Shown piece by piece: positions 37,708 to 48,289 of a stretch of DNA of 64,000 nucleotides. Below the pieces are notes generated by a model. The model worked only from the letters and a program-made list of their open reading frames with translations, was not told the origin of the DNA and searched no databases. The stretch spans positions 1-64,000 of the IMG/VR virus record IMGVR_UViG_3300044638_008494; one strand, 5' to 3'. Origin of the DNA: a virus. Numbering within the stretch: position 1 is the first letter of the stretch; each line of letters opens with the position of its first letter. A program made the translations under genes and the position numbers.

Positions 37708-37710
37708 AAT

Positions 37711-38943
37711 ATGTCACACTTGCTTGAATCATACAGCCTTCAAACTGGGGCAAAAATTTCTAAACCCTTCATAGTTAAAAATTTTTACCCTACTCCAGAA
37801 AAATATATAACAATTCATAATTCTAGCGGAATGGGGGCAAAAAATTATGATTATTTTCAAGAAGTAATTGATCATTTGATTCCATTCTTAAAAAAGAAGG
37901 GCATTGATGTGGTGCAAATTGGCGGAGAAGAAGATAGGCCAATAAATGGCTGCATCCATATTCAAGGAAAAACAAGCTATCATCAAACTGCATTCGTAAT
38001 ACAAAACTCATTACTCCATATTGGAAATGATAGCTTTCCTGTTCATATAGCATCTGCTGCTGATATTCCTATAATTTCATTATATAGCGTAACACTACCA
38101 TCTATTGCTGGTCCATGCTTTAATTCTAAAGATGTATTTAATGATAAGGTCTTTTGTTTTACGCCAGATTTTAATGGTAAAAAGCCGTCATTCAATCCAA
38201 ATGAAAGTCCCAAATTAATTAATGATATTAAAATAGAAAGCATAGTTGAGGCTGTAGACAAAGTGCTTGATTTGGGTTACAATAAAAAATTAAAAACAAT
38301 TTTTGTTGGAAATAAATATCAAGCGCAGGGTATAGAAATTGTTCCTGATGCTGTTCTAAGTAGTGACTTTGCTAAAGGATCACCTGCATTATTAAGAATA
38401 GACTTATTAAATTCAGAAGTCGATGATGCTATTATTTATCATAATTTGCAAGCAAGAAAGCTTGGGATTAAAATGTCTAATCTAAAAAAAGTGAAAGACT
38501 TGAATGTTATTTATTCAAACAAAAACAATCTTATAGAGATTGTTTTTGATATAGACCATGGATATGACAAAAAGTATCTAGAGCAGTTATCATCAATATA
38601 CCCAAATGTCATAATTTACTATTCTGGTGATGACGATGTTTTTTTCAATAAAACTAAATTAGACCTAATTGACTTGAATTTAAAATTTTTCCGACAAAAA
38701 AATGAAACAGAAAAAATAACTGATTTGCATTTAAAAATACAATCCGCAATAAAAGACGACTTATGGATTCAAACAAATCGATTAATCCTAGCAAAAAATA
38801 AAGTTTATTTATCTGAAGCACATTTAAGAGAAGACAAGCCATCTAATGATAAAAAAATAAAATTAAATAGTTTGACAAATATATCAAATATGTCTATATC
38901 TGATATAGACTTCTTTTTAATCTATCAAGAAAGTAAAAAATAA
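37711..38943 (+). CDS. GT9 C-terminal domain fused to an unknown domain
   Basis: YITIH..KNY..VVQIGG..GKTS..HIGNDSFPVHIASA..P.ISLY. Confidence 0.78.
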   Translation: MSHLLESYSLQTGAKISKPFIVKNFYPTPEKYITIHNSSGMGAKNYDYFQEVIDHLIPFLKKKGIDVVQIGGEEDRPINGCIHIQGKTSYHQTAFVIQNSLLHIGNDSFPVHIASAADIPIISLYSVTLPSIAGPCFNSKDVFNDKVFCFTPDFNGKKPSFNPNESPKLINDIKIESIVEAVDKVLDLGYNKKLKTIFVGNKYQAQGIEIVPDAVLSSDFAKGSPALLRIDLLNSEVDDAIIYHNLQARKLGIKMSNLKKVKDLNVIYSNKNNLIEIVFDIDHGYDKKYLEQLSSIYPNVIIYYSGDDDVFFNKTKLDLIDLNLKFFRQKNETEKITDLHLKIQSAIKDDLWIQTNRLILAKNKVYLSEAHLREDKPSNDKKIKLNSLTNISNMSISDIDFFLIYQESKK

Positions 38944-38944
38944 A

Positions 38945-39721
38945 ATGCCAAAAAATTCATCGAAAACAGAAACCGTTGTAGTAAATTCAAACGAAACCCA
39001 CGAACTTATTCAGGATCAGCCGTTTGGAAGAAACGAAATCGGGCTACTAAATAACATTACATACAAATACAATGATGATGGCACAATTAATTGGAAATCA
39101 ATGGTTAAGCATGAATTTCTTGTCGCAAATAAAGACAAGTTTCCAGCATCAACAGATTTTAGCGCCATTGATGTAACGCAACTTGATGATGGTCAACTCC
39201 TAATTCTTTTAGGAGGAATTAAAGATATCGCCTGTATTAGGGGATTTACAGAAGTTGGCTACGACGTTATAACCGCCAGACAAGATTATGTAGCTGTTAA
39301 ATGTAACATATCTTGGATTCCAAACTACGAAACTGGAATGCTGGCTGTAAAATTCTCTGCGCTTGCAGATGCTCATTTTGAAAATACTAGTGGTTTTGGA
39401 AATAAATTTTTAATGGCAATTGCTGAAAACCGCGCATTTATTCGTGCAGTTCGTAACTTTTTAAGAATTAATATTGTTGGTCAGGATGAAATCGATCCAA
39501 AAAAGAAAAGTGAAATTATTGAAGAGTCCCAGCCAACAAATCCAGCAAATGTTTTAAACAAGGTAATGTCTGAGGTTGGATTAAATTTTGAAACTATAAA
39601 AGCAAAACTAGTTTCTGAAAATGATCAAGAGGCTAGTGAATGGAATAGTATCAATGATGTTCCTAAAAAAAGAATTTTCGAAATAATCGAAAGAATTAAA
39701 AGAAAAAATAAATCTTCTTAA
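38945..39721 (+). CDS. possible Rad52/Sak-like single-strand annealing protein
   Basis: GGIK.IA..RG, A.ADA...N, AIAENRAF.RAVR pattern; inference. Confidence 0.45.
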   Translation: MPKNSSKTETVVVNSNETHELIQDQPFGRNEIGLLNNITYKYNDDGTINWKSMVKHEFLVANKDKFPASTDFSAIDVTQLDDGQLLILLGGIKDIACIRGFTEVGYDVITARQDYVAVKCNISWIPNYETGMLAVKFSALADAHFENTSGFGNKFLMAIAENRAFIRAVRNFLRINIVGQDEIDPKKKSEIIEESQPTNPANVLNKVMSEVGLNFETIKAKLVSENDQEASEWNSINDVPKKRIFEIIERIKRKNKSS

Positions 39722-41758
39722 TTATAGAAGCCCAGCCTGCTGAAGTAGCGCTATAGTTGCAGAATCAAGCTTTCCAGCGCTTGCTAGTTCTGCTATTGAA
39801 TTTAATATATTAGCACTAAGATTCGAACTTGTAGCTGATACTGGCACTTCTACAGCTGGAGAAATATTTACTTCCAACCTTACAGAACTACCAGCTGGAC
39901 TACCAAGGATCCTAACAGCCTCTCTATACCTTTCCGCCAAATCTAAAATACTATTATCCTTCCCCCTAAACTGGTTTAAATTTAAACTAAAAATTTGCCT
40001 AAACTCTCTCTCTTCTGAAGGTTCGATTTCTATTGTAGACTCATCGACTATTGATGACTGATCTGTATGCTGGAAAAAAGTATCACACTGTACTGGATTT
40101 GGAAAATAATATCTACCAGGGGTTAAATCTTTTAATGTCTCACCAAGCTTGCACGACCTGAAAGATTGTTCTCCGGATTTGACATATAAATTGTATGGGG
40201 CTTTTATTGCTTTTTTAACATATCTTTTATAATATTTTTGTTTATATATTGGACCATCGTAAGTAACTGTACCAGCAGACCACCAAGGCTCATCGCTCAT
40301 ATATGAAGCTCTAATTGCCTTAGGGTATGGCAAAAGTTCTCCATTTTTCTTCGATGTTCTGCAAAAAAGCCTATCTAATTTTAAATCTAAAAAAGTTCTA
40401 GTAAGTTCGCAGCCAAGAGATGGGCATTGTCGCTCAACAACATCACCAAATGATGCACCACCATCAGCAGAAAATTTAACATCAGCATATTCTGGATTTA
40501 TTCCAGATGGAATATCACAATGAATCCACCCAAAATTTCCAATTCCAGAAATTAAATTCTGATTTTTATTTTTAACAGCAACATCGGTAATTGTGATTTT
40601 TCCACCAGAAGATATTGCCCCCTTAAATCCATCAACTACATATTTATTATTTCCATTCCCAGTAGTAAAGGAAGCCTCTGGGATTTTATTGTCCGAACTG
40701 TTATATTCAAATTCATTTATGGTAGGAATTTTTTTACCATAAAGATCTATTCCATAAGATCCCTCTTCGGCGCTAATTGTTCCTAGCATATGATCAGCTT
40801 TGCCACCAATGAAAACGCTCTCATCAGCCAAATGGTTTAATTTTATATCTTTTTCGCCAAAATTAAATTTACTTTGCATTTCACGCCCCCAATCATCTAA
40901 AAATTTTTGGTCGCTATATGGAACTCCACCAATCCTGTCTAATAAAAATATTTTGGCTTCATATTCCCTTACTGCAAACCATCCATCCATACATTGGCGT
41001 AATATGCAAAAAGCCACGCAATGGCAATAATTGCAATTTACCGAATTCAAAATTGTATACTCATACCATCCAATATTTGGCTCAGGGCCTCTGGCTATTC
41101 TACCATACCAGTCCAGAACAAACCCTGTATTAAAATATGGAAAGTGATCTTTATTATTGACATCCCAATAATTATCAATATTATCTGTTAAACTATTCAT
41201 CATTGACCACGGCCATCCGCATTGTACATCTTCATAAGTGCAAGGATAGCACGGCTCTCCGCAACCAAACCAAAATGATAAAAATAGTGGGGAAAATCCA
41301 CCCAAAATTGTACCATCATCTCTCCATTTAACTACTTTACCATTAATTTCATTAATACTTTCACTAACTATTCCATGCATTTTATGCAGTCTAAAAGTAT
41401 CTGTTTTTCCAGCCTGACCAATGTATTGATTTTCAAACCAAAATGGATTGGCAATAGCAAAACTGCTTATACATCTAGGATCTGTTTTAATAATATCTTC
41501 TTGTAAAATAAATCCCTTATCATAAAAAAAACCATTTACATACCATCCTTGCAAATAATCACCAGGATTGTATCCAGCAGTTGCATCATAATCACAAAAA
41601 AACTTTAATCCTCTTGGGGGAAATTGCCAAGGGTCTTTGAACCAATCCACATAGTAAGCATATGTTCTAGAACTCCCTACAAAATAATTGCCTTGATTGC
41701 ATAAGGATGAGTCAATACAATCATTATCAGACAAATCTAGAGTTAAATCGATTGGCAT
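39722..41758 (-). CDS. Cys/aromatic-rich hypothetical, probable tail-associated protein
   Basis: 678-aa ORF at the distal end of the tail operon. Confidence 0.65.
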   Translation of the reverse strand: MPIDLTLDLSDNDCIDSSLCNQGNYFVGSSRTYAYYVDWFKDPWQFPPRGLKFFCDYDATAGYNPGDYLQGWYVNGFFYDKGFILQEDIIKTDPRCISSFAIANPFWFENQYIGQAGKTDTFRLHKMHGIVSESINEINGKVVKWRDDGTILGGFSPLFLSFWFGCGEPCYPCTYEDVQCGWPWSMMNSLTDNIDNYWDVNNKDHFPYFNTGFVLDWYGRIARGPEPNIGWYEYTILNSVNCNYCHCVAFCILRQCMDGWFAVREYEAKIFLLDRIGGVPYSDQKFLDDWGREMQSKFNFGEKDIKLNHLADESVFIGGKADHMLGTISAEEGSYGIDLYGKKIPTINEFEYNSSDNKIPEASFTTGNGNNKYVVDGFKGAISSGGKITITDVAVKNKNQNLISGIGNFGWIHCDIPSGINPEYADVKFSADGGASFGDVVERQCPSLGCELTRTFLDLKLDRLFCRTSKKNGELLPYPKAIRASYMSDEPWWSAGTVTYDGPIYKQKYYKRYVKKAIKAPYNLYVKSGEQSFRSCKLGETLKDLTPGRYYFPNPVQCDTFFQHTDQSSIVDESTIEIEPSEEREFRQIFSLNLNQFRGKDNSILDLAERYREAVRILGSPAGSSVRLEVNISPAVEVPVSATSSNLSANILNSIAELASAGKLDSATIALLQQAGLL

Positions 41759-41769
41759 TTTGATTAAAC

Positions 41770-42252
41770 TTACGGCTCCGGCGCAAAAGGCGCAGGCAGT
41801 AAAAAGAAATATTTACATGATTGCATAACCATAACATTGTTATACATATGCCTATAAACGATTAATTCACCGGAGTTTGTGTTTACAAATTTCCCCTGCA
41901 CTTTTTGATTTTTTGTAACAGAAAATATTGGAGCATACAATGCTGTTTGATCTTTTATTTTTTTTGAAGACCCAGAGTAAGATATTGTTTGCGGGTAATC
42001 CTGCCACCATTTATCATCGCTTATAACTTTAACTTCTTGAATCCCCCCATTGTTAAAAGTTAATTTTAAATATACTTTTACACTCTCTGTGATTATATTC
42101 GCAGGCATTGATAATCTTGTCGCAGAAGCCAAATCTGTTCCATCTGCAAAAAGAAAAGAATCATACGACATTCTAAATGAATTTCCAACTATTATTGGCG
42201 CGAATGGTCCGCCTACATTTGATGTACTGAAAATTGGACTTACTGGTCTCAT
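41770..42252 (-). CDS. hypothetical tail-module protein
   Basis: 160-aa ORF in tail operon. Confidence 0.65.
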   Translation of the reverse strand: MRPVSPIFSTSNVGGPFAPIIVGNSFRMSYDSFLFADGTDLASATRLSMPANIITESVKVYLKLTFNNGGIQEVKVISDDKWWQDYPQTISYSGSSKKIKDQTALYAPIFSVTKNQKVQGKFVNTNSGELIVYRHMYNNVMVMQSCKYFFLLPAPFAPEP

Positions 42253-42253
42253 A

Positions 42254-44167
42254 TTAATATTTTTGCTCTGTTATGGTATAATTTGCTCGTAATTGTCTAT
42301 AAATATCTTCATCAGTAAATAATAATCCAGAATACGTTGCTCCATTTGTTCCAGATATAATATACATAGCCTGTCCAAGAAATTCAAAAGAATTATTAAA
42401 TTCAATTTGTTTGCTTATCATTAAATTATAACTTTGGTAATTTAAAAATGGAACAGTTTTGATGTATCCTGTAATTTGATTTTTATCATGCAATTCATCA
42501 CCATTAATTTGCAGAGTTATATTTCTATCGCTATAAATATTAAATCCACTCTCTATGTTTCCGAATATCCCACTTGAAATTAAATTATTATTTTCATTAT
42601 ATAAGCTATTTCCGTTTGATAAGTATATATTATCTTTATAATACACTGGCAACTGCCCAGTTAAGCCATCTCCAGTTATTCCGGTCATTGTTCCTGAAAA
42701 ATACCCAGAAGCACTTCCTGAAAATAAAACTATATATTGTTTATTATAATTAAACTCTATTTCTGGAACATTAAATGTAAAATATTCTCCTGATAAGTAT
42801 TTTCCAGTCAAATTATTGAAATTGCGCCCACTTTCATATATCTTATTAAATCCAGTTAAGCTTCCGGTAAAACCATTTCCTTCATACAAATATAAATACA
42901 ATGAACCGCTTGGATTATTTCTTATAATCCCAGATTTCCATTGAGATGCATTATTTCCTAAAATTATATTGGGTGGCATTACAGCACCACTCAACCCACT
43001 AATTCCAGTAGGCACTATGCCGCTCAATCCTGTTGGTACGCCACTTTTATACAAATTAACAGTAATGCCTGTTATGGTCCAATATTTTTTATGGTACTCT
43101 TGAATTCCGCTCTGTTGAAAAATTCTTCCACCAAATTCACTATTTGTGATATAGCCATTAGATGTATTACTGTATATATTTTGATTATTATTAGTATTGC
43201 TTGATAATATTAAATTATTCTTTACCGGAAGATCAAAATTAAACCATGCAGTTGTATTTGCAGTATTTGGCTTTATAAACCATGATCCAGTAAAACTATC
43301 TTGATATCCATTTAAAAATCTATTATTGTTTTGCAAGCCAGACAAAGTTACAAAAAATCCAGAAGTTTTAGAATAGGTGCTATATAAGTCTAGAATAATA
43401 TTCCAGTTTGAATATAAATCTGAAATATTTAGCGTATCCAAAGATCCAACAACTACATTTCCTACAACGCTTAAAACGCCTGATTCAAGTGGATTTGAAA
43501 ATCTTAATATTGATAATGTTTGATTTATAGTTCCAAAATTTGTATTTAAAACTAACGGAAGATAATAGCTAGAATACGGTTCGCTTTGTAAAATTGTTAA
43601 ATCTACGTAAGACTGTGGATCTATCTGTATATTTTTATTTTGATTTCCAGAAAAAACAAAATAATTAGTAGCGTTACTTGTAGGATTTATATTAATATCA
43701 TGTACAACAAATGGAAATGAATTATTTTGATCGCCAGATATTTTTAAATTTAATGGATTTTTATAATAATCAGCCTGCTTATATATAATATTATATAACG
43801 GCCTGTCTCCATTTATTTTAATATCTAAATCTTTTTCAAAATTCAAACTACCGTTCCAAGATAAATTTATTCCAGAGCAAAATCCATAATCTCCTGTTGT
43901 ATTATAAATAATATTATTGTCAATAGATAAATTAAAATTATTTTTTGATAAATTTCCAGATAGATTAAAAAATTTATTTTTTGGATCAACAAAATATATA
44001 AAATTATCACTTTTATCTTTTATCTTGCCACTTTCTATTGTAATTTTTTCTCGCACATTTTGAGATAAAAAATCAAAATTCGTACTATAAAAATTATCAT
44101 AATTCATATAGCTTATGCTAAATGATATTCCACTTTGAGGATAAAAATTTATACCAGAATATTTCAT
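42254..44167 (-). CDS. SG/TG- and Asn-rich putative tail/baseplate protein
   Basis: 637 aa, beta-rich, position downstream of tape measure. Confidence 0.65.
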   Translation of the reverse strand: MKYSGINFYPQSGISFSISYMNYDNFYSTNFDFLSQNVREKITIESGKIKDKSDNFIYFVDPKNKFFNLSGNLSKNNFNLSIDNNIIYNTTGDYGFCSGINLSWNGSLNFEKDLDIKINGDRPLYNIIYKQADYYKNPLNLKISGDQNNSFPFVVHDININPTSNATNYFVFSGNQNKNIQIDPQSYVDLTILQSEPYSSYYLPLVLNTNFGTINQTLSILRFSNPLESGVLSVVGNVVVGSLDTLNISDLYSNWNIILDLYSTYSKTSGFFVTLSGLQNNNRFLNGYQDSFTGSWFIKPNTANTTAWFNFDLPVKNNLILSSNTNNNQNIYSNTSNGYITNSEFGGRIFQQSGIQEYHKKYWTITGITVNLYKSGVPTGLSGIVPTGISGLSGAVMPPNIILGNNASQWKSGIIRNNPSGSLYLYLYEGNGFTGSLTGFNKIYESGRNFNNLTGKYLSGEYFTFNVPEIEFNYNKQYIVLFSGSASGYFSGTMTGITGDGLTGQLPVYYKDNIYLSNGNSLYNENNNLISSGIFGNIESGFNIYSDRNITLQINGDELHDKNQITGYIKTVPFLNYQSYNLMISKQIEFNNSFEFLGQAMYIISGTNGATYSGLLFTDEDIYRQLRANYTITEQKY

Positions 44168-46464
44168 GACATTCTATTACTGACGTTTGTTTGAACTGCC
44201 GAGACAAGATTTCTTTGCAGTTTAGGTTTAAATGGTATGTCTTTATAACTATATGAAACTAAAAGACCAGCACTATCTACAGTTGCCGTTAATGACTGTA
44301 AGGTTGGGACAATTGGCAAATAAAATCCATCACATGTTGCACTATAAGTTTTTAATGGCTCCGTTGTGCCCCCAGATTCTGGCGTGTAAAGTTCTTCTCG
44401 AACATCCGTTTCTTGCGGGGTAATATCTGAAATATTTACAGTATGTGATAATGCTGTACTGCTAATTCCTCCACTTTTTGCCCATGTATTGCTTGGCGAA
44501 GTATTTCCATTAGCAATAGTTTTAGAATATTGCGCGGTAGTTCTTCTAACAACTCTATACTTAGAAAAAGATGGATATACAAATAAAACGGTCTGACCAT
44601 TGCAAGAACATACATTTCCAAAACCACGAGCAGATCCCAAACCAGGAAGGGGAGCGCTTTCGGTATCATCATACGAGGTATCGTCATCGAAATCTTTAAT
44701 AACACTTTTACATGGATTATTGTATTCCTTGTCTTTTTCTGCTGCCTCTTCTAGTGCTTTTTCTTGATCTTCATTACTTATTGCATTTGGATCCTCGTAA
44801 CCAATTGTATCAGGAAGATCATTATAGTTAGTAAATTGTGGCATTATTGTAGATCCAGCAGTTACTAGTGGAAAAATTCCACGCTTTGGGTATCTTACAT
44901 ATACTATCCTAAAGCCATCATTTTCAATTGAACTTCTTAAACTTCCAGGAGCTACGACCTGCTTTTCGTTTCCGCCGCCAAGATCAATCCATGAATATCC
45001 ATTATTATTATCGTAAAGACTGCAAAAAATATCATGACTTACTCCGACAAAACAATCCTGCACTGCATCATCAAACTCGGATGAGTCAGAGTTGCCTTCT
45101 ATCCAAGTAGAAACTGACCTCCACAACCCCATTCTTACAAGACCAACCTCATCTTCCCATGTTCCACCTATTGGATTCAATCCTCGCCTAGTTGTTGCTG
45201 GACTATATTCTACGCGCTTTATTTTTAATGACCCGTCTGCCAATGAGCCTAACCGCGAAACATCAGATGTATTGCTATATGGATAAAAAAGTTCCATATT
45301 TTTTGGTGGCTTCTGTATATTCTCCAAATCTTTAACTAAATAAAATGAACCACCCTCTCCAACACCCAAATATTCCAATATGTTAGCTCTCAAACTTTTG
45401 TTAAAATTAAAATTATATTTATAATATAAATTTTCTCTTTCATCCCCAGATGGGGAACCGGGTATACCAATTGATCCATAATTTTTTAGCCCAACTAAGC
45501 TAAAATTTTCTCCCCAAACAGCATATGCAGTTCTGTAGGCTGGTATGGTATCAAATAGTATGTCAAAAGCAGATGGATAATTTGGGTGAGGTATTGGAGA
45601 TACGTCAAACGAATCATGAACTACAGTTGATGCAGATCCATCAATGGCTTCGAAACTTTTATCTCTTTGAAAAAGCCAAGAAGAAAGCGTATATGTCCCT
45701 TCTTTTGTCCATCCTTCGTCTACAGATAAAATTCCGCAACCTTCTTTTGGTAAATCTTCTGGAACAGAAATGCTACCATTGAATTTTTTCAATGCCTGTC
45801 TGGCCGTTGCATATCTCCAATCCCACCAATAATAACATCCAACATCATTATATATGCTAGCAAGAACAGTTCTGTAAGATCCCTCATAAGACACCCTTCC
45901 GCCAGAAATATTTGGAGCGCCAATAATATTCAAAGCTTCATTTGGATCATAATCCACATCACTTGGTTCACAAGGGTTAGTTGTAAATTTTTCTCTTCCC
46001 AATCCGCCCGCACCAGTGCCTTGAAACCTTGACACAACATAATACTCATCCCTTGTTTCTATTCTAAATTCAACACCGCGACTTCCTGCAGAAATTCTTA
46101 ATCTGGTAATTCTTAATGTTTTACCTACTGTTGTGGTAGTAGATGGCAATCCTCTTCTAAATAAAACTATAGAATTCTGATCCAGATATATAGAATTATC
46201 CATATATTGATAAGTTATTAAATTTTTACCTTGCTCATAATGCCTATTATATCCAATGAGCGTTCCGGCAAATTGAATTCCATTAAAATTTAATACCTGA
46301 GCATTTTGATTAAAATTTGATTGAAACGCTCCACCACCAGCTGCAATTTCGCCAGCAGCGAGCGTTGTTACCGATAATTTTGCTGGAGAATCTGTAACTG
46401 AAGCACTTAAAGAAACATTGATAATTCCCTGATTTGCCCCAATCGATCTGATATTTATTGCCAT
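44164..46464 (-). CDS. putative tail hub/baseplate protein
   Basis: 766 aa; synteny downstream of tape measure. Confidence 0.55.
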   Translation of the reverse strand: MAINIRSIGANQGIINVSLSASVTDSPAKLSVTTLAAGEIAAGGGAFQSNFNQNAQVLNFNGIQFAGTLIGYNRHYEQGKNLITYQYMDNSIYLDQNSIVLFRRGLPSTTTTVGKTLRITRLRISAGSRGVEFRIETRDEYYVVSRFQGTGAGGLGREKFTTNPCEPSDVDYDPNEALNIIGAPNISGGRVSYEGSYRTVLASIYNDVGCYYWWDWRYATARQALKKFNGSISVPEDLPKEGCGILSVDEGWTKEGTYTLSSWLFQRDKSFEAIDGSASTVVHDSFDVSPIPHPNYPSAFDILFDTIPAYRTAYAVWGENFSLVGLKNYGSIGIPGSPSGDERENLYYKYNFNFNKSLRANILEYLGVGEGGSFYLVKDLENIQKPPKNMELFYPYSNTSDVSRLGSLADGSLKIKRVEYSPATTRRGLNPIGGTWEDEVGLVRMGLWRSVSTWIEGNSDSSEFDDAVQDCFVGVSHDIFCSLYDNNNGYSWIDLGGGNEKQVVAPGSLRSSIENDGFRIVYVRYPKRGIFPLVTAGSTIMPQFTNYNDLPDTIGYEDPNAISNEDQEKALEEAAEKDKEYNNPCKSVIKDFDDDTSYDDTESAPLPGLGSARGFGNVCSCNGQTVLFVYPSFSKYRVVRRTTAQYSKTIANGNTSPSNTWAKSGGISSTALSHTVNISDITPQETDVREELYTPESGGTTEPLKTYSATCDGFYLPIVPTLQSLTATVDSAGLLVSYSYKDIPFKPKLQRNLVSAVQTNVSNRMS

Positions 46465-46482
46465 TTATTTTATTTAATATTA

Positions 46483-48285
46483 TTATATTTCAAATAATAT
46501 ATTTCCTCCATTTTTTATATAAAAAAGACTACTTGCTAAAAACTCATCTTCTAGCTCAATATAGTCTATATTATTTGTATACCTTACCCCATTAAGCCAA
46601 ACAGATGATGTATTTTTTGCTATACTATTTACATTAAATAATCTTCCAGAATCATTTAATACATATTTTATTTTAAAATTTTTATTAGCAATATTTTGTG
46701 TGGAAATTATATTATAACCAGAAGGAATGTTTCTTAATATTTTATTTGGCAGCTGATAGTCCATACCAGATGCAAGTAATTGTCCATTTAAAAAACATAA
46801 TTTATTACTAAAATTAATATTATTAATATTAGATCCGCTACTTATATTTCCAGTTACTATGTATTCTTGATTTGGCCAAGAATCAATTAAAATATTGCTC
46901 GTAGACAATTCAGAAGATATGCGATTGGTATATATGTATGCTCCGGTTGTAAAATAGTCTCTTGTTGGATTATAAAAAATTTGACCGCTGGAAACAATAG
47001 GATTATATGACTGTTCTTTTATTTGTAATTGGCCGTTATAATAATACCCAGAAACATTTTGCAAATTATTAGAAAGGGTTGGCTTAAGTCGATTTGTATT
47101 ATTTTCAAATATTGCATTTGAATATCCAATATTGTCATCATATAAATTTGAACCAAGAATAAACAGCCTATCGCTATTATCAATTGAATTATTTAAAAAT
47201 ATATAATCTACATATTCTGTTATATATTTATAATTAGAAGCTATAGGCAATTTATTAATAATAGTGTATTCAAGAACATAGCCAGATTCAAATTCAAAAT
47301 TTCTAATTCCTGTTAGTGTTTGACACACATTAACATTTATTGTTTGCGGCGTAAATCCACTTATTCCATTATTTGATACGCCTTGTAGAAATTCATTGTA
47401 TATTTCATTGTTAAAATCATTAAGCTCTATATGGCTAGCAAAATATGTTGACTCATCTGTTAATTGAACAAACGATCCAGTCGTTTCTTGCCTAACGTAA
47501 CACCTAACCAATTCAATAATTTCAGAATCAATAATGCCTGTCGTTCCGCTTATTAATCCAGTCAATATCTGATCTTGCAAATCTATAACGCTACCACTAA
47601 TGAATGACTGCTCGTAATAAGATTTATTAAAAACAGAAAGATCATAAATAAATATATCTGATATTTTTGCCTTCAATAAGTTCTTGCTGTTTTCAAAATT
47701 AATTCCACTGCCTAAAGTATAATTATTAGAATAATTATTATTTATATCTCCGAATTGAACTGTTGATTTGTTAATAGATTTATTAATAGAACTATAACAT
47801 CCAACCGAATAATTTATTGGAGATATTTCACAATAAAAAATACCTGTTTTTGGAGCCTTGGCGTTATGACAATATGTTATTGGTCCAATAATATTATCAT
47901 AATATTCTATATATGGAAAACCAAATGGACTTATTCCAAAATTAACTCCTGAATATGTTGAATTTGTTTTTCCAAAAGAGGAAATGAAAACGTTATTTTG
48001 TCCAGTAAAACTCTCTATTTCATATGTCATTAGAAACGCAACATTTTGAGAATTTAAATTTCTAATTTTTGCAAAATCTTTATCTAAAAATCCAACCCCA
48101 CTATATTTCCAAAAATTATTAGGATTAGCTATTTCTAAATTCAAAGATTGAGCAGACCATGCAGATCCAGATAATATTGACTTGCCGCTAACTCCACTTT
48201 CATTAAAATCAAAATATGCAAAAGCCGTATTTTTATTAAAAAACGGGTCTTTCTCTAAAAAAAACTGTGTAGATTTATTTGACAT
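46483..48285 (-). CDS. putative tail protein with LamG-like N-terminus and LNG...DY beta repeats
   Basis: AYFDFNE..ISDIFIYD; YYNGQLQ, FLNGQLL..DY, WLNGVR..DY. Confidence 0.6.
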   Translation of the reverse strand: MSNKSTQFFLEKDPFFNKNTAFAYFDFNESGVSGKSILSGSAWSAQSLNLEIANPNNFWKYSGVGFLDKDFAKIRNLNSQNVAFLMTYEIESFTGQNNVFISSFGKTNSTYSGVNFGISPFGFPYIEYYDNIIGPITYCHNAKAPKTGIFYCEISPINYSVGCYSSINKSINKSTVQFGDINNNYSNNYTLGSGINFENSKNLLKAKISDIFIYDLSVFNKSYYEQSFISGSVIDLQDQILTGLISGTTGIIDSEIIELVRCYVRQETTGSFVQLTDESTYFASHIELNDFNNEIYNEFLQGVSNNGISGFTPQTINVNVCQTLTGIRNFEFESGYVLEYTIINKLPIASNYKYITEYVDYIFLNNSIDNSDRLFILGSNLYDDNIGYSNAIFENNTNRLKPTLSNNLQNVSGYYYNGQLQIKEQSYNPIVSSGQIFYNPTRDYFTTGAYIYTNRISSELSTSNILIDSWPNQEYIVTGNISSGSNINNINFSNKLCFLNGQLLASGMDYQLPNKILRNIPSGYNIISTQNIANKNFKIKYVLNDSGRLFNVNSIAKNTSSVWLNGVRYTNNIDYIELEDEFLASSLFYIKNGGNILFEI

Positions 48286-48289
48286 ATTT

